A stretch of 64,000 bases of DNA, taken from positions 320,001 to 384,000 of the forward strand of contig CBDCUI010000008.1 of the NCBI GenBank assembly GCA_965222615.1, in the 5' to 3' direction. Below the pieces are notes generated by a model. The model had not been told where the DNA came from. It did no database searches and saw nothing but the letters and a program-made list of their open reading frames with translations. Below are positions 21,941-33,620 of the stretch, piece after piece. Position 1 is the first letter of the stretch; the number at the start of each line of letters is the position of its first letter. This DNA is from Gammaproteobacteria bacterium. GTDB lineage: Bacteria > Pseudomonadota > Gammaproteobacteria > UBA4575. The position numbers were made by a program, and so were the translations under genes.

Positions 21941-22360
21941 GGAAGCTGGCTAAACAGTCGTCTCAGTGCTTAGTTTATGTACTTTATACATAGAATAAGT
22001 AAAGAGGAGGAAAGTCCGGGCTCTATGGGCAGAGTGCCAGGTAACGCCTGGAGGATGTGAATCCATGGAAAGTGCAACAGAAAGTAAACCGCCCGGTCAC
22101 TCATTTAACTATAACTACATTTATGAGCCAGTTAAATGAGTGGTTGGGTAAGGGTGAAAGGGTGTGGTAAGAGCACACCGCATAGCTGGTAACAGATATG
22201 GCTAGGTAAACCCCACTTAGAGCAAGACCAAATAGAGGGGCAAGGAGAAATCCAACGTGTTGCCCAAACGGCCCCTGGGTAGGTTGCTTGAGGTTTATGG
22301 CGACATAAGCTCTAGATGAATGACTGTTCTCGACAGAACCCGGCTTATCGGCCAGCTTCC
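21941..22360 (+). ncRNA. rnpB: RNase P RNA, bacterial type A
   Basis: P1 ggaagctggc/gccagcttcc; GAGGAAAGTCCGGGCT; AGTGCAACAGAAAG; GGTAAACCCC; CAGAACCCGGCTTA; compensatory gctcta/tagagc; rsmI-rnpB-mraZ synteny. Confidence 0.97.
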
Positions 22361-22545
22361 ATCACTGTCTGTCGGTTGTTAGCAATCGATAAGTTCATTG
22401 GCTTGTTAATCTAAAATCTTACCTTTATGGGTTAAGCCCTCATATTTGTGTGAGTTACACAAAAATACCCTGATTGAATAAGGGGTATCTTCTGCTTAAC
22501 TATCTGTCTTATAAGTAATTTTTTTGGTTTTTTGTGCGGTTTTAC

Positions 22546-22608
22546 TTGCAATATGGCCAACTCATTCCTATAGTGTCAAAAAGTGGGAAATTGTGGGAAA
22601 GCATGGAA
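22546..22608 (+). promoter_or_regulatory. mraZ/dcw promoter with MraZ-binding repeats
   Basis: TTGCAA-17 bp-TATAGT, then GTGGG, GTGGG, ATGGA at 10-bp spacing (22583, 22593, 22603), the known MraZ operator pattern. Confidence 0.8.
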
Positions 22609-22631
22609 TATGACTCCATGAAATTCAATCT

Positions 22632-23084
22632 ATGTTCCGAGGTGTTAACGATCTTAATCTGGATGCTAAAGGTCGCCTGTCTTTACCAGCGCGATATCGT
22701 CAGCGTATTCAAGAAAGTTGTGGTGGTAGTTTAGTCATCACAGTAGATGTGGATCGATGTTTGTTGATTTATCCATTTCCTGAGTGGGAGCATATTGAAA
22801 AAAAACTGATGCAGTTACCCAGTATTAATAAACAAGTTAGACGCCTACAACGACTGTTACTTGGACATGCTACGGAATGTGAAATTGATGGGCAACATCG
22901 TGTTTTATTGCCGCCACCTTTGCGTAATTTTGCCAGTTTAAATAAGCATGCTGTGTTAATTGGGCAGGGCAATAAATTGGAACTTTGGGATCAGGAAACA
23001 TGGGGGAAAATGTGTGAACGTTGGATTAAAGAGGAAAATAAATTAAGTGATATTACTGCGGCACTTGAAACACTTTCGATTTAA
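22632..23084 (+). CDS. mraZ: Transcriptional regulator MraZ
   Basis: MFRG..DAKGRL, second repeat DGQHRV. Confidence 0.96.
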   Translation: MFRGVNDLNLDAKGRLSLPARYRQRIQESCGGSLVITVDVDRCLLIYPFPEWEHIEKKLMQLPSINKQVRRLQRLLLGHATECEIDGQHRVLLPPPLRNFASLNKHAVLIGQGNKLELWDQETWGKMCERWIKEENKLSDITAALETLSI

Positions 23085-23086
23085 CT

Positions 23087-24025
23087 ATGCGGGATGATGT
23101 AGTTGATCAGCATCAGCCTGTTTTACGTTCAGAAGTAATAGAAGTACTAAACATTAAATCAAATGGTATCTATATAGATTGCACATTTGGACGCGGGGGG
23201 CATAGCAGCGAGATCTTAAAAGGTTTAAGCACTGAAGGCCGTTTATTGGCAATTGATCAAGATCCAGAAGCTGTTAGGTACGGCAAAAAAGAATTTGAGA
23301 ATGAACAACGTATTGTGATTGAACAAAGCAATTTTTCAGAAATATTACAGGTAGTAGAAAAATATGGTTTTGCTGGGAAGATAAACGGAATTTTATTTGA
23401 CCTAGGAGTTTCATCACCACAGTTCGATAATCCTAATCGTGGTTTTAGTTTTATGCACGATGGACCATTGGATATGCGTATGAATATAAATTCGGGAATA
23501 AGTGCTGCAGAGTGGTTGCAGAATGTTAACGCCAATGAATTAGAAAAAGTAATCAAGACATATGGTGAAGAGAGGTATGCAAAAAAGATTGCGCAAATGA
23601 TTATACAACAGCAAAAAATAAAGCCATTAAACTCTACAAAAGAACTAGCAGATTTAATTCAAAAAACTATAGGACGATCAAATGAAAAAAAACATCCCGC
23701 AACACGGACATTTCAGGCTATTCGTATATTCGTAAATGATGAATTAAAAGTTTTAGCATCGGCATTGGATGCATGTATAGAGTTATTAGCTCAGTCAGGC
23801 CGCCTGTTGGTAATCACATTTCACTCACTTGAGGATCAAATAGTCAAAAATCTGTATCGAAAATATAGCAAGTCTGACATGCCACGCAAGTTACCTGTTG
23901 CAGAAGAATTCCAGCCAAAACTCATAAGAGTGTGTAAACCAATTAAACCTTCTGTAAATGAAGTATCAAAAAACCCAAGGGCACGAAGTGCAAAACTATA
24001 TGTGCTGGAGCGGGTTTTATGTTAG
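23087..24025 (+). CDS. rsmH: 16S rRNA m4C1402 methyltransferase
   Basis: DCTFGRGGHS, DLGVSSPQ, HPATRTFQAIRI, NPRARSAKL. Confidence 0.97.
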   Translation: MRDDVVDQHQPVLRSEVIEVLNIKSNGIYIDCTFGRGGHSSEILKGLSTEGRLLAIDQDPEAVRYGKKEFENEQRIVIEQSNFSEILQVVEKYGFAGKINGILFDLGVSSPQFDNPNRGFSFMHDGPLDMRMNINSGISAAEWLQNVNANELEKVIKTYGEERYAKKIAQMIIQQQKIKPLNSTKELADLIQKTIGRSNEKKHPATRTFQAIRIFVNDELKVLASALDACIELLAQSGRLLVITFHSLEDQIVKNLYRKYSKSDMPRKLPVAEEFQPKLIRVCKPIKPSVNEVSKNPRARSAKLYVLERVLC

Positions 24026-24300
24026 GTAGGTTAGCATTAATAACGGTTTTATTTTTCGCTAATGTATTTACAGGTGTTGGAATTGTTTATTCAAAACACG
24101 CTATGCGCAAATCGTTCATTGAGTTACAAGAGCTGCAAAACAAATATGATGAACTGCAAGTAAATTGGGGGCAGCTGCAATTAGAACAAAGTGCTTGGGC
24201 AACACATGGTCGTGTCGAAAAACTTGCGCGTGAAAAATTAAAAATGGACCTAGTGCATGAAGAGCGTCTTGTGTTTTTAAAAGACAGTGACTCAAAATAA
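24019..24300 (+). CDS. ftsL: Cell division protein FtsL
   Basis: TM plus coiled coil, WGQLQLEQSAWATHGRVE. Confidence 0.93.
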   Translation: MLGRLALITVLFFANVFTGVGIVYSKHAMRKSFIELQELQNKYDELQVNWGQLQLEQSAWATHGRVEKLAREKLKMDLVHEERLVFLKDSDSK

Positions 24301-24309
24301 AGTAACTCT

Positions 24310-26028
24310 ATGAAAAAAGCTCCTATATATAGATTACGTCGATCACTGATCGTATATGTGTTTGTTTTAAGTTTAGTTGGATTATTTATTCGTTCTGTGT
24401 ATTTGCAGCTATTTGAGCATGAATTTTTAGAGGAGGAAGGTAAGGCGCGCCATCTGCGAGTAGTAGAGATGCCAGCACACCGAGGCATGATTTTAGATCG
24501 AAATGGTGAGCTACTCGCGGTGAGCACGCCGATTTATTCAGTTTGGGCAAATCCTAAAATTGCTTTGCAAGATGAGAAATCCATAAAACAAGCAGCTGAA
24601 GTTTTAAAGTTAGGTGATACTAGCTTAAGAGAAAAGTTACAACAAAAAAAATCTCGACAATTCGTATATATAAAACGTCATATAGATCCTCAACAAGCAG
24701 AACAATTAAAGCAGCGTGGCATTAAAGGTATTCATTTGCAGAGAGAATATCGACGCTATTATCCAACTGCAGAAGTAACTTCGCATGTACTTGGGTTTAC
24801 GGATATAGATGATAAAGGTTTAGAAGGGATAGAACTTGCTTATGACCAATGGTTGCAGGGCCAGCCAGGCGCAAAAAAAGTTATTAAAGATCAGTTAAAC
24901 CGTATTGTTGAAGATGTTGAAGGAATACGTATTCCAGAACCTGGTCAAAATATTGCATTGAGTATAGATCGAAGAATTCAATATTTGGCTTATCGTGAAT
25001 TGAAGGCAAAACTTGCGCAACATCGGGCGCGCTCCGCTTCAGCAGTTATGTTAGATGTAAGAACTGGTGAAGTCATTGCTATGGCGAATGTCCCGTCATT
25101 TAATCCCAATAACCGCAAAGGTTTTCGTAGTTATACTTATCGCAATCGTGCGGTTACAGATGTTTTTGAGCCGGGTTCGACGATTAAGCCTTTCACGATT
25201 GCATCGGCATTGGAGTCCAATCGATATTCGCCCAATACTTTAATTAATACTGCTCCTGGAACGTATAAGGTTGGAGACCATCTGATTAAAGATTCGAAAG
25301 ACTTCGGCATGCTCAGTGTAAGTAATGTCATTATTAAATCTAGTAATGTAGGCGCCACAAAAATTGCATTAACGATACCACCACAAGATTTATGGACAGT
25401 ACTTAGTTCAATCGGTATTGGCCAGTCAACGGAATCAGGGTTTCCAGGTGAAGTTAGTGGGCATTTAAAAAGCTTTCATGATTGGCGAGAAGTTGAACAT
25501 GCAACGTTGGCATTTGGTTATGGAGCATCTATGACGACTTTACAACTCGCACGTGCATATGCCGTATTGGCATCAGGAGGTAAACAATTGCCCATCTCGA
25601 TGCTGCATAAACCTAATTCAGGATTCAGCGAAAAAAGTGCGCATAGAGTAATTTCTTCTGATACCGTAAATCGCATTATTTCTATGTTGACTGCTGTGGT
25701 CTCAATAGATGGTACAGGAGCACGTGCTGCAATTCCTGGGTATAGTGTGGCAGGTAAAACTGGCACAGTACATAAGTCTACAAAAGGTGGCTATGAAGAA
25801 GATAAGTATATTTCACTTTTTGCTGGGTTTGCGCCAGCTAGTGACCCTCGTCTGGTATTAGTAATTGTAATGAATGAACCAAGCCGTGGTACCTATTTTG
25901 GAGGTGAAGTTGCGGCACCGATATTTTCAAAAATTATGGGTGGGGCCTTACGCATTTTAAATATTTCGCCTGATGATGTGCCTTTGCAGGCTAATTTCAA
26001 TGACACTATGCAAGATCATGCTGGTTAA
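24310..26028 (+). CDS. ftsI: PBP3 transpeptidase
   Basis: RGMILDRNG, FEPGSTIKP (SxxK), SSN, KTG. Confidence 0.97.
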   Translation: MKKAPIYRLRRSLIVYVFVLSLVGLFIRSVYLQLFEHEFLEEEGKARHLRVVEMPAHRGMILDRNGELLAVSTPIYSVWANPKIALQDEKSIKQAAEVLKLGDTSLREKLQQKKSRQFVYIKRHIDPQQAEQLKQRGIKGIHLQREYRRYYPTAEVTSHVLGFTDIDDKGLEGIELAYDQWLQGQPGAKKVIKDQLNRIVEDVEGIRIPEPGQNIALSIDRRIQYLAYRELKAKLAQHRARSASAVMLDVRTGEVIAMANVPSFNPNNRKGFRSYTYRNRAVTDVFEPGSTIKPFTIASALESNRYSPNTLINTAPGTYKVGDHLIKDSKDFGMLSVSNVIIKSSNVGATKIALTIPPQDLWTVLSSIGIGQSTESGFPGEVSGHLKSFHDWREVEHATLAFGYGASMTTLQLARAYAVLASGGKQLPISMLHKPNSGFSEKSAHRVISSDTVNRIISMLTAVVSIDGTGARAAIPGYSVAGKTGTVHKSTKGGYEEDKYISLFAGFAPASDPRLVLVIVMNEPSRGTYFGGEVAAPIFSKIMGGALRILNISPDDVPLQANFNDTMQDHAG

Positions 26029-26030
26029 CG

Positions 26031-27533
26031 ATGCCTGCTATGTCATGGGCATTGGCTGATTTACTAAAAGATTGGGTGCAAGTGCAAACTGCAGATACAA
26101 ATATCATGATCTCTGGTCTTAGTTTGGATAGCCGTTTTGCACAACCGGGCGATTTATTTTTTGCCACGCATGGCACGCAGAAACATGGGATTGAGTTTAG
26201 TAATGATGCTATTACGAAAGGTGCGGTAGCGATCGCCTGGGAACTTAATCAAGATATAGATTCAAAAAATCTACCCACTTCAATTCCGTGTCTATCAATT
26301 CCTGATCTGCAACAGCAAATTGGATGGATTGCACAACGTTTTTATTACCATCCATCTGAATATATCAATGTCATAGGAGTGACAGGAACTGATGGTAAAA
26401 CTTCGGTGAGCCAATTTATCGCGCAGGCATTTCATCATTTAGGCACTCCTTGTGGAGTGATTGGTACTTTAGGTTATGGGGTCTATCCCAAGCTTCAATC
26501 TGCAACACACACTACACCAGACGCAATACGTACTCAGTCGTTATTGTATAGTTTTAACAAACAAGATGTTAATAATGCTGTTATTGAGGCTTCGTCACAT
26601 GGCCTAAAGCAAGGCCGATTAAATGGTGTGGACTTTAATATAGCTGTGTTTACCAATTTAAGCCGTGATCATTTGGACTACCATGCGACATTGGAAGATT
26701 ATGCAAATGCCAAGCGTATATTGTTTCAAATGCCGAATTTACAGCATGCAATAATTAACATTGATGATGAATTCGGTTGTCAATTAGCGGGTGAATTAGC
26801 TGAAAAAATAAATCTTGTTACCTATTCAAGTAATAACTGCCAACAAGATTTTGGTTCATTTATTTGCGTGAAGAATGTTAATTTTTCTGATAGAAAAACT
26901 AACATTGAAATAGCTTCTAGTTGGGGCGATGCTGCGATAGCAACAGAATTATACGGCAAGTTTAATATAAGTAATCTTTTAGCTGCGTTAGCTGTACTAC
27001 TTGTAGATGGCTATCCATTTGAGAATGCGGTAAAGGCAATTGCCAATGTACATACTGTCCCTGGACGCATGGAGCGGGTAACTTCCAATAATCATGCGCC
27101 CACAGTAATCATCGACTATGCGCATACGCCGCAGGCGCTTAGCAATGTTTTGCAGGTATTGCGAGAGCAGTGCAATGGTAAATTATGGTGTGTATTCGGT
27201 TGTGGTGGAGATCGTGACCCCGGCAAGCGCAAATTAATGGCCCATGCCGTTGAACGATATGCTGATTGCGCAATCGTAACAGACGATAATCCGCGCACTG
27301 AAGATCCCAATCTAATTACGGGTGACATTATTTCTGGGTTTTCTAATTCTGCAAAATATACCTTGATTCATGATCGTCAAGAGGCGATTGCTCATGTAAT
27401 AAATCACGCAACTTGCAAAGATACGGTATTGATTGCAGGGAAAGGTCATGAAACTTATCAGATTATAAATAATGAGTATTTCCCATTTGATGATAAAAAA
27501 ATTGCACAAATATTTTTAAATGATGGAATTTAG
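26031..27533 (+). CDS. murE: UDP-MurNAc-tripeptide synthetase
   Basis: GVTGTDGKTS, DYAHTP, DNPR (mDAP specificity), AGKGHE. Confidence 0.96.
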   Translation: MPAMSWALADLLKDWVQVQTADTNIMISGLSLDSRFAQPGDLFFATHGTQKHGIEFSNDAITKGAVAIAWELNQDIDSKNLPTSIPCLSIPDLQQQIGWIAQRFYYHPSEYINVIGVTGTDGKTSVSQFIAQAFHHLGTPCGVIGTLGYGVYPKLQSATHTTPDAIRTQSLLYSFNKQDVNNAVIEASSHGLKQGRLNGVDFNIAVFTNLSRDHLDYHATLEDYANAKRILFQMPNLQHAIINIDDEFGCQLAGELAEKINLVTYSSNNCQQDFGSFICVKNVNFSDRKTNIEIASSWGDAAIATELYGKFNISNLLAALAVLLVDGYPFENAVKAIANVHTVPGRMERVTSNNHAPTVIIDYAHTPQALSNVLQVLREQCNGKLWCVFGCGGDRDPGKRKLMAHAVERYADCAIVTDDNPRTEDPNLITGDIISGFSNSAKYTLIHDRQEAIAHVINHATCKDTVLIAGKGHETYQIINNEYFPFDDKKIAQIFLNDGI

Positions 27534-28887
27534 GCTTTCTGAAATTGCCCGCATCACGAACGGCCAGCTAATAGGCCAGGACAGAGATGTGATTGGATTA
27601 TCAACGGACACGCGTAAATTACAGGAAAACAATTTGTTCGTAAGTTTAATTGGCGAGAAGTTCGATCCACATAAATTAATTGAAGAGGGAAAAGTTGATC
27701 ATGCCGGAGCAGTAGTAGTTGAACGAAAAGTAGAATCAAAAGTTGCACAGATTGTAGTAAAAAACTCATACAAAGCCTTACAAGAAATAGCACGAGCTTG
27801 GCGCAATAAATTTAGCTTGCCTGTAATAGGAATTACTGGTTCGAATGGCAAGACTTCTGTCAAAGAGTTAATCAAACAGATTTTAACCACGCAAGGTAAA
27901 GTGTTAGCAACCGTTGGCAATTTGAATAATCATATAGGTGTGCCGTTGACGTTAGTCAACTTAAATGAGAGTCATCAGTACGCAATAATAGAGATGGGCG
28001 CTAACCATCCTGGTGAAATTGCAAATCTTACTCAATTAGTGAAACCTGACATCGGGGTAATTACTAATATTGGACCGGCTCACTTAGAGGGTTTTGGTTC
28101 TATAGAAGGTGTAGCCAAAGCCAAGGCTGAGCTTTACCGGCATTTAAATCCGCAAGGCATCGCCGTAGTCAATATCGACCAACCTTATCAAGCGTTTTGG
28201 GAAAAAGACATTGGAGATCGCATTCAAATTTCATTTGGAATAGAGCAAAAAGCGGATATTTCCGTGAAAATGATTGATTTAGATTTAGTAGATATCACAA
28301 CTCCGATGGGAGAGATTCGTGTGCAGTTACAAGCGCTTGGTCAACACGCCATCTATAACGCACTGGCCGCAACCGCGGTAGGTATTGGCCTAGGAATTGA
28401 CGTAGAAAGCATTCGGGAAGGGCTTGAGGCAACTAAACCGGTACCAGGGCGACTGGTACGGCTTAAAGGTATTGGCGGTTCAAGCATATTAGATGATACC
28501 TACAATGCTAATCCTGCTTCATTATCTGTTGCTTTAGATGCCCAGGCACAACTAAGTGGCGAGCATTGGTTAGTGTTAGGAGATATGGGGGAACTTGGCA
28601 GTGATAGTGTTCGTTTGCATGCGCAAGCTGGAGAAATGGCAAAAGAATATGGAATCAAACGATTATTTGGGCTCGGAGAACTAAGCAAATATGCAGTAAA
28701 GGCGTTTGGAGCAGGTGCCACGCATTATTTAAATCATTCTGAAGTAATCGAAGCCTTGCAAAATGATTTATATAAAGAGATATGTGTGTTGGTTAAAGGC
28801 TCACGTGCTATGCGTTTGGAAAAAATAATTGAAAGGATTCAAACAAATCTGAATTCAGAAACGGCGTGTAACGAATATGTTGCTTAA
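27520..28887 (+). CDS. murF: UDP-MurNAc-pentapeptide synthetase
   Basis: [30 protein letters not shown]. Confidence 0.96.
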   Translation: MMEFRLSEIARITNGQLIGQDRDVIGLSTDTRKLQENNLFVSLIGEKFDPHKLIEEGKVDHAGAVVVERKVESKVAQIVVKNSYKALQEIARAWRNKFSLPVIGITGSNGKTSVKELIKQILTTQGKVLATVGNLNNHIGVPLTLVNLNESHQYAIIEMGANHPGEIANLTQLVKPDIGVITNIGPAHLEGFGSIEGVAKAKAELYRHLNPQGIAVVNIDQPYQAFWEKDIGDRIQISFGIEQKADISVKMIDLDLVDITTPMGEIRVQLQALGQHAIYNALAATAVGIGLGIDVESIREGLEATKPVPGRLVRLKGIGGSSILDDTYNANPASLSVALDAQAQLSGEHWLVLGDMGELGSDSVRLHAQAGEMAKEYGIKRLFGLGELSKYAVKAFGAGATHYLNHSEVIEALQNDLYKEICVLVKGSRAMRLEKIIERIQTNLNSETACNEYVA

Positions 28888-29959
28888 GCTGTTTGAGTTT
28901 CTCACACAACATCATTCTGGATTTAATGTTTTCCAGTATCTAACTTTGCGCGCAATATTGGGTGTACTGACAGCATTGGCAATATGTTTTATGACAGGCC
29001 CAATCATGATACGCAAGCTGAGTACTTACAGCGTTAATCAGAATGTCAGAGAAGATGGCCCGCAAACCCATCTTGCAAAAGCAGGTACACCAACTATGGG
29101 AGGTGCTTTTTTATTAGTGTCTATTCTTGCCAGTGCATTGTTATGGAGTGATTTATCTAATCGCTATGTATGGTTTGTTTTAACCACGACTTTTTTGTTT
29201 GGAATGGTTGGTGCAGTAGATGACATTAAAAAACTATTAAGTAGATCAAGCACAGGGCTCTCTGCAAAGCATAAATATTTTTGGCAGTCTGTAATTGGGG
29301 TGGCGGTAGCATGTATGTTGTATTACACCGCAGCTATTCCTGTTGAGACTAACTTATATGTCCCGTTTTTCAAAAATGTTGTAATCCCTTTAGGTTTGTG
29401 GTTTGTGTTATTAACATACATTGTTGTTGTTGGATCTAGCAATGCCGTAAATTTTACAGATGGTTTAGATGGTCTCGCAATCATGCCAGTTGTCATGGTG
29501 GCGGGGGCACTAGGAGTGTTTGCGTACTTAAGCGGAAACGTTAATTTTTCGACTTATTTAGCTATTCCACATTTACCTTTGGCTGGGGAACTAGTGGTTT
29601 TTTGCGGAGCCATAGTGGGAGCTGGACTAGGGTTTCTTTGGTATAACGCCTACCCCGCACAAGTTTTTATGGGCGACGTGGGTGCCTTAGCATTAGGTGC
29701 AGCTGTGGGGATATTGGCTGTGTTAGTGCGACAGGAAATCGTGTTGATGATCATGGGCGGAGTATTTGTGCTGGAGACGATATCGGTCATGATTCAAGTG
29801 GTGTCATATAAGTTAACTGGAAAACGAATTTTTCAAATGGCGCCGTTGCACCATCACTTTGAGTTAAAAGGTTGGCCTGAACCAAGAGTTATTGTACGTT
29901 TTTGGATTATCACTGTTATTTTAGTGTTAATCGGTTTGGCAACATTAAAGATTCGGTAA
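28877..29959 (+). CDS. mraY: Phospho-MurNAc-pentapeptide transferase
   Basis: [30 protein letters not shown]. Confidence 0.97.
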   Translation: MLLKLFEFLTQHHSGFNVFQYLTLRAILGVLTALAICFMTGPIMIRKLSTYSVNQNVREDGPQTHLAKAGTPTMGGAFLLVSILASALLWSDLSNRYVWFVLTTTFLFGMVGAVDDIKKLLSRSSTGLSAKHKYFWQSVIGVAVACMLYYTAAIPVETNLYVPFFKNVVIPLGLWFVLLTYIVVVGSSNAVNFTDGLDGLAIMPVVMVAGALGVFAYLSGNVNFSTYLAIPHLPLAGELVVFCGAIVGAGLGFLWYNAYPAQVFMGDVGALALGAAVGILAVLVRQEIVLMIMGGVFVLETISVMIQVVSYKLTGKRIFQMAPLHHHFELKGWPEPRVIVRFWIITVILVLIGLATLKIR

Positions 29960-29972
29960 ATTAAAAATTAAT

Positions 29973-31328
29973 ATGCTTTATGCATTGCAAAAACAAATTG
30001 TGAATACAGACAATGAAACAATCATTGTAGGGCTTGGTGAGACGGGTTTTTCGGTGGCTTCGTTTCTGATTAGCCAAAACACACCTTTTACAATAGTGGA
30101 TAGCCGTGTTGAACCCCCATTGCTTAGTGTATTTAAACAAAAATACCCAGATATTGAAGTTTATCTAGGTGAATTTTCTACAAGTCTGTTTAGCAATGCT
30201 AAACAAATCATTTTAAGCCCTGGAGTTGATATCAATAATGAAGTCATTCAGTCAGCAATAAATAGTGGAGTTGAATGTTGTGGTGATATAGAGATCTTTG
30301 CGAAACATACACATGCGCCAATTATTGCAATCACAGGTTCAAATGGAAAAAGTACCGTGACAAGTTTGGTAGTAGAGATGGCAAAGCAAACGGGATTGTG
30401 TGCCTATTCTGGTGGAAATTTAGGCCCACCTGCTTTGGATTTATTAAAATTTGATGACGCGGAATTATTTGTTCTTGAATTATCGAGTTTTCAGCTTGAA
30501 TCGACTCAATCACTGGCCCCAAAAGTAGCTGCAGTATTGAATATTTCTCCAGATCATTTAGATAGACATGGAGATGTGCAAAATTATGCAAATATAAAAG
30601 CAAAAATTTTCCATCAAGCAAAACATAGTGTGATAAATCGTGATGACGCGTTAGTAACAACTATGAATACTTCAGGAGTGGTACATAGTTTTGGTTTGGC
30701 TCAACCTATTGGGGAAGAATTTGGGTTGATTCAAGACGCTGGCGAAATATTTTTAGCACAAGGAAATAATCGATTGCTTGCGGCAAGTAAAATTACAATG
30801 CTAGGTGAGTCAGGGATATTAAATTCACTCGCAGCTTTAGCGGTTGGCGATGCCCTAAGTCTCCCCTTAGAAAAAATGTTAACTACCTTAACTAAGTTTC
30901 AAGGATTGCCACATCGTTTTTCATTAGTAGGAGTATCCAAAGGTGTTTCTTGGTTTAACGACTCTAAAGGAACGAATATTGGCGCAACCCTAAGCTCTAT
31001 TAAAGGATTGCGTGAAAATGTTGTTTTGTTAGCCGGAGGCATATTTAAAGGTGGAGATCTTGGCTTATTGCGTGATGCGGTTACGAAGCATGTCAAACAT
31101 GCAGTTTTATTTGGGCAGGACGCAAATTTACTAAAGCAAGCGTTCGACGGGCTTGTGCCTATACATATGGTGACTAGCATACATGAGGCAGTGAAGGTTG
31201 CGCATGGTTTAGTAGAGGCAGGTGACAATGTGTTGTTATCACCCGCATGTGCAAGTTTTGATATGTATAAGAACTATATTGCGCGGGGGGAAGATTTTGA
31301 GTCTTGTGTCAAGGAGCTTGTTTTATGA
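29973..31328 (+). CDS. murD: UDP-MurNAc-L-Ala:D-Glu ligase
   Basis: ITGSNGKST, LELSSFQL, NDSKGTN, LSPACASFD. Confidence 0.96.
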   Translation: MLYALQKQIVNTDNETIIVGLGETGFSVASFLISQNTPFTIVDSRVEPPLLSVFKQKYPDIEVYLGEFSTSLFSNAKQIILSPGVDINNEVIQSAINSGVECCGDIEIFAKHTHAPIIAITGSNGKSTVTSLVVEMAKQTGLCAYSGGNLGPPALDLLKFDDAELFVLELSSFQLESTQSLAPKVAAVLNISPDHLDRHGDVQNYANIKAKIFHQAKHSVINRDDALVTTMNTSGVVHSFGLAQPIGEEFGLIQDAGEIFLAQGNNRLLAASKITMLGESGILNSLAALAVGDALSLPLEKMLTTLTKFQGLPHRFSLVGVSKGVSWFNDSKGTNIGATLSSIKGLRENVVLLAGGIFKGGDLGLLRDAVTKHVKHAVLFGQDANLLKQAFDGLVPIHMVTSIHEAVKVAHGLVEAGDNVLLSPACASFDMYKNYIARGEDFESCVKELVL

Positions 31329-32494
31329 GATCTTCAAAGCAAGCGGCTCGACAAATTTCAACCAATTTGAATATCAAGCTATCAAAACATTGTGATATGT
31401 TGCTAATGATGTCTTCGGTTTTATTACTTGGCATCGGTTTAGTAATGGTTGCTTCTTCTTCGATCGAAATTGCAGATCGTGCCACGGGTGATCCACTATA
31501 TTACTTTAAACGACAATTTATTTTTGCACTCATAGGCATTTCAGCTGGGGTGTTGATTACTAAAATACGACTTACGCATTGGGAAAATTCAGGGTTTGCG
31601 TTGCTGTTTTTTATGGTTGGTTTGTTGGTTCTCATTTTGATTCCAGGTCTTGGTCGAACAGTAAATGGCAGTACCCGTTGGCTCGCATTGGGGCCATTTG
31701 GTTTGCAAGTATCTGAAGTGGTTAAGCTGCTACTTATTATTTATTTGGCCGGGTATGTGGTAAGGCAGGGAAAACAAATACGTGAATCATTTATTGGTTT
31801 TATTAAACCCATGCTGATACTCGTAATTTTGTTTACTTTATTACTATTAGAACCAGATTTTGGTGCCGCAATTGTAATATTAGCTACCGCACTTGGTATG
31901 CTATATCTGGCTGGTGTCAAGATATGGAAGTTCGCAATCTTATTAGCTGCATCTGCAGCGTCAATGACATTTGTGGCTATTTCATCACCATATCGTGTTG
32001 AGCGCTTAACGATATTTTTAAATCCTTGGGCTGATCCATTTGGTTCCGGTTTTCAATTAACTCAGTCATTAATTGCGATTGGTAGTGGTGCCTGGACGGG
32101 GTTGGGACTAGGTGCAAGTGTGCAAAAATTATTTTATTTGCCTGAGGCACATACAGATTTTGTGTTTGCAGTGATTGCAGAAGAATTGGGATTAATAGGG
32201 GTTGCAGTGGTGCTTGCATTGTTTATTGTTTTAATTTATCGATGCTTTGCAATTGGAAAGTTAGTAGAAGAACAAGGCATGAAATTTGGCGCACAAATTT
32301 GCTACGGCATTGGGATTTGGTTTGGTTTGCAAGCGTTTATTAATATCGGTGTGAATATGGGGGTATTACCCACAAAAGGCTTAACGTTACCACTTATCAG
32401 CGCTGGAGGTAGTAGTCTATTGGTAGTGTGTATGGCAATTGGGTTGATCACCCGAGTTTATATGGAAGCAGCAGCTAAGCTGCCCTCGCGGTGA
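31325..32494 (+). CDS. ftsW: SEDS peptidoglycan polymerase FtsW
   Basis: [28 protein letters not shown]; ATG at 31325 overlaps the murD stop. Confidence 0.96.
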   Translation: MRSSKQAARQISTNLNIKLSKHCDMLLMMSSVLLLGIGLVMVASSSIEIADRATGDPLYYFKRQFIFALIGISAGVLITKIRLTHWENSGFALLFFMVGLLVLILIPGLGRTVNGSTRWLALGPFGLQVSEVVKLLLIIYLAGYVVRQGKQIRESFIGFIKPMLILVILFTLLLLEPDFGAAIVILATALGMLYLAGVKIWKFAILLAASAASMTFVAISSPYRVERLTIFLNPWADPFGSGFQLTQSLIAIGSGAWTGLGLGASVQKLFYLPEAHTDFVFAVIAEELGLIGVAVVLALFIVLIYRCFAIGKLVEEQGMKFGAQICYGIGIWFGLQAFINIGVNMGVLPTKGLTLPLISAGGSSLLVVCMAIGLITRVYMEAAAKLPSR

Positions 32495-33620
32495 TCATTG
32501 TGAAGCAGACGCGTTCTCCAGTCATGGTCCTTGCCGGTGGTACGGGTGGACATGTGTTTCCTGCGCTTGCAGTTGCAAAAAAAATTGAACAACAAAATGT
32601 GCCAGTGATCTGGGTGGGTACTAAAAAAGGATTGAGTCAAAAATAGTAACTAGAGCAGGTTATCGTTTAGAAAAAATATTCGTGAGTGGTTTACGAGGCA
32701 AAGGGTTTACAACCTATTTACTTGCCCCATTAAAACTAATCGTAGCGGGGGCGCAGTCTTTTTGGTTGTTACTAAAGTATCGACCTTGTGCGGTGTTGGG
32801 GATGGGAGGATTTGTATCAGGCCCTGCTGGGTTGATAGCGGCATTACTGCGACGTCCATTAGTTATTCATGAGCAAAATGCCATTGCCGGATTGACCAAT
32901 CGAATGTTAGCTCCGTTTGCAAAACACATACTCACCGGTTTTCCAAGTACGTTTGTGCGCAAAAATGTCGAAGTAGTGGGCAATCCAGTGCGTGCTGATA
33001 TATCCCAGATTGACCGTGAATATGATATCGCTGAGCCAGCGGGTCGGGTCATTCGAATCTTAGTGGTTGGTGGAAGTTTAGGGGCGCAAGCACTTAATAC
33101 TATTGTCCCAAGCGCTATTGCACGCATTCCTGAAAGTCTCCGACCTGAAGTTTGGCATCAAACAGGTGCAAACAAGCTGCAATTTACTCAGCAGAAATAT
33201 AAGGAGTTGGGGATAGAGGTGCGGGTTGATGAATTTATTGAAGCCATGCATGAAGCCTATGCTTGGGCCGACATTGTTATTTGTCGTGCCGGAGCGATTA
33301 CCGTTGCAGAACTTGCTGTAGTGGGTGTAGGTGCAATCTTTATACCGTACCCCTATGCTGTGGATGATCATCAAACTGCAAATGCATCGGCAATGGTAAA
33401 TTCGGGGGCGGGTTATTTGATTCAAGAAAATGAGCTTGATGAAGACATATTGACTGAACATTTACAAGACATTGCTATAAATCGATCTAAGCTTAAAGGT
33501 TTTGCAAAAGCTGCGAGAAATTTCGCCAAACCTGATGCAGCAGAAGATGTTGCAAAAATTTGTTTGGATATTTGTACTGATAAACGTAGTAGCAGTGCAG
33601 GGCTAGCAAAAGATTTTTAA
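32491..33620 (+). pseudogene. murG: MurG glycosyltransferase with a 1-nt frameshift near 32622-32635 (probably sequencing/assembly error)
   Basis: First frame from GTG 32491: [16 protein letters not shown]...[11 protein letters not shown]-stop (32644-46). Second frame continues [28 protein letters not shown]. Confidence 0.9.

Noticed and set aside
32576-32630. Programmed -1 frameshift in murG
   Set aside because: AAAAAAG is read aaa-aaa-gga, not A-AAA-AAG; a shift at the upstream A8 run meets TGA at once; no stimulatory hairpin seen.
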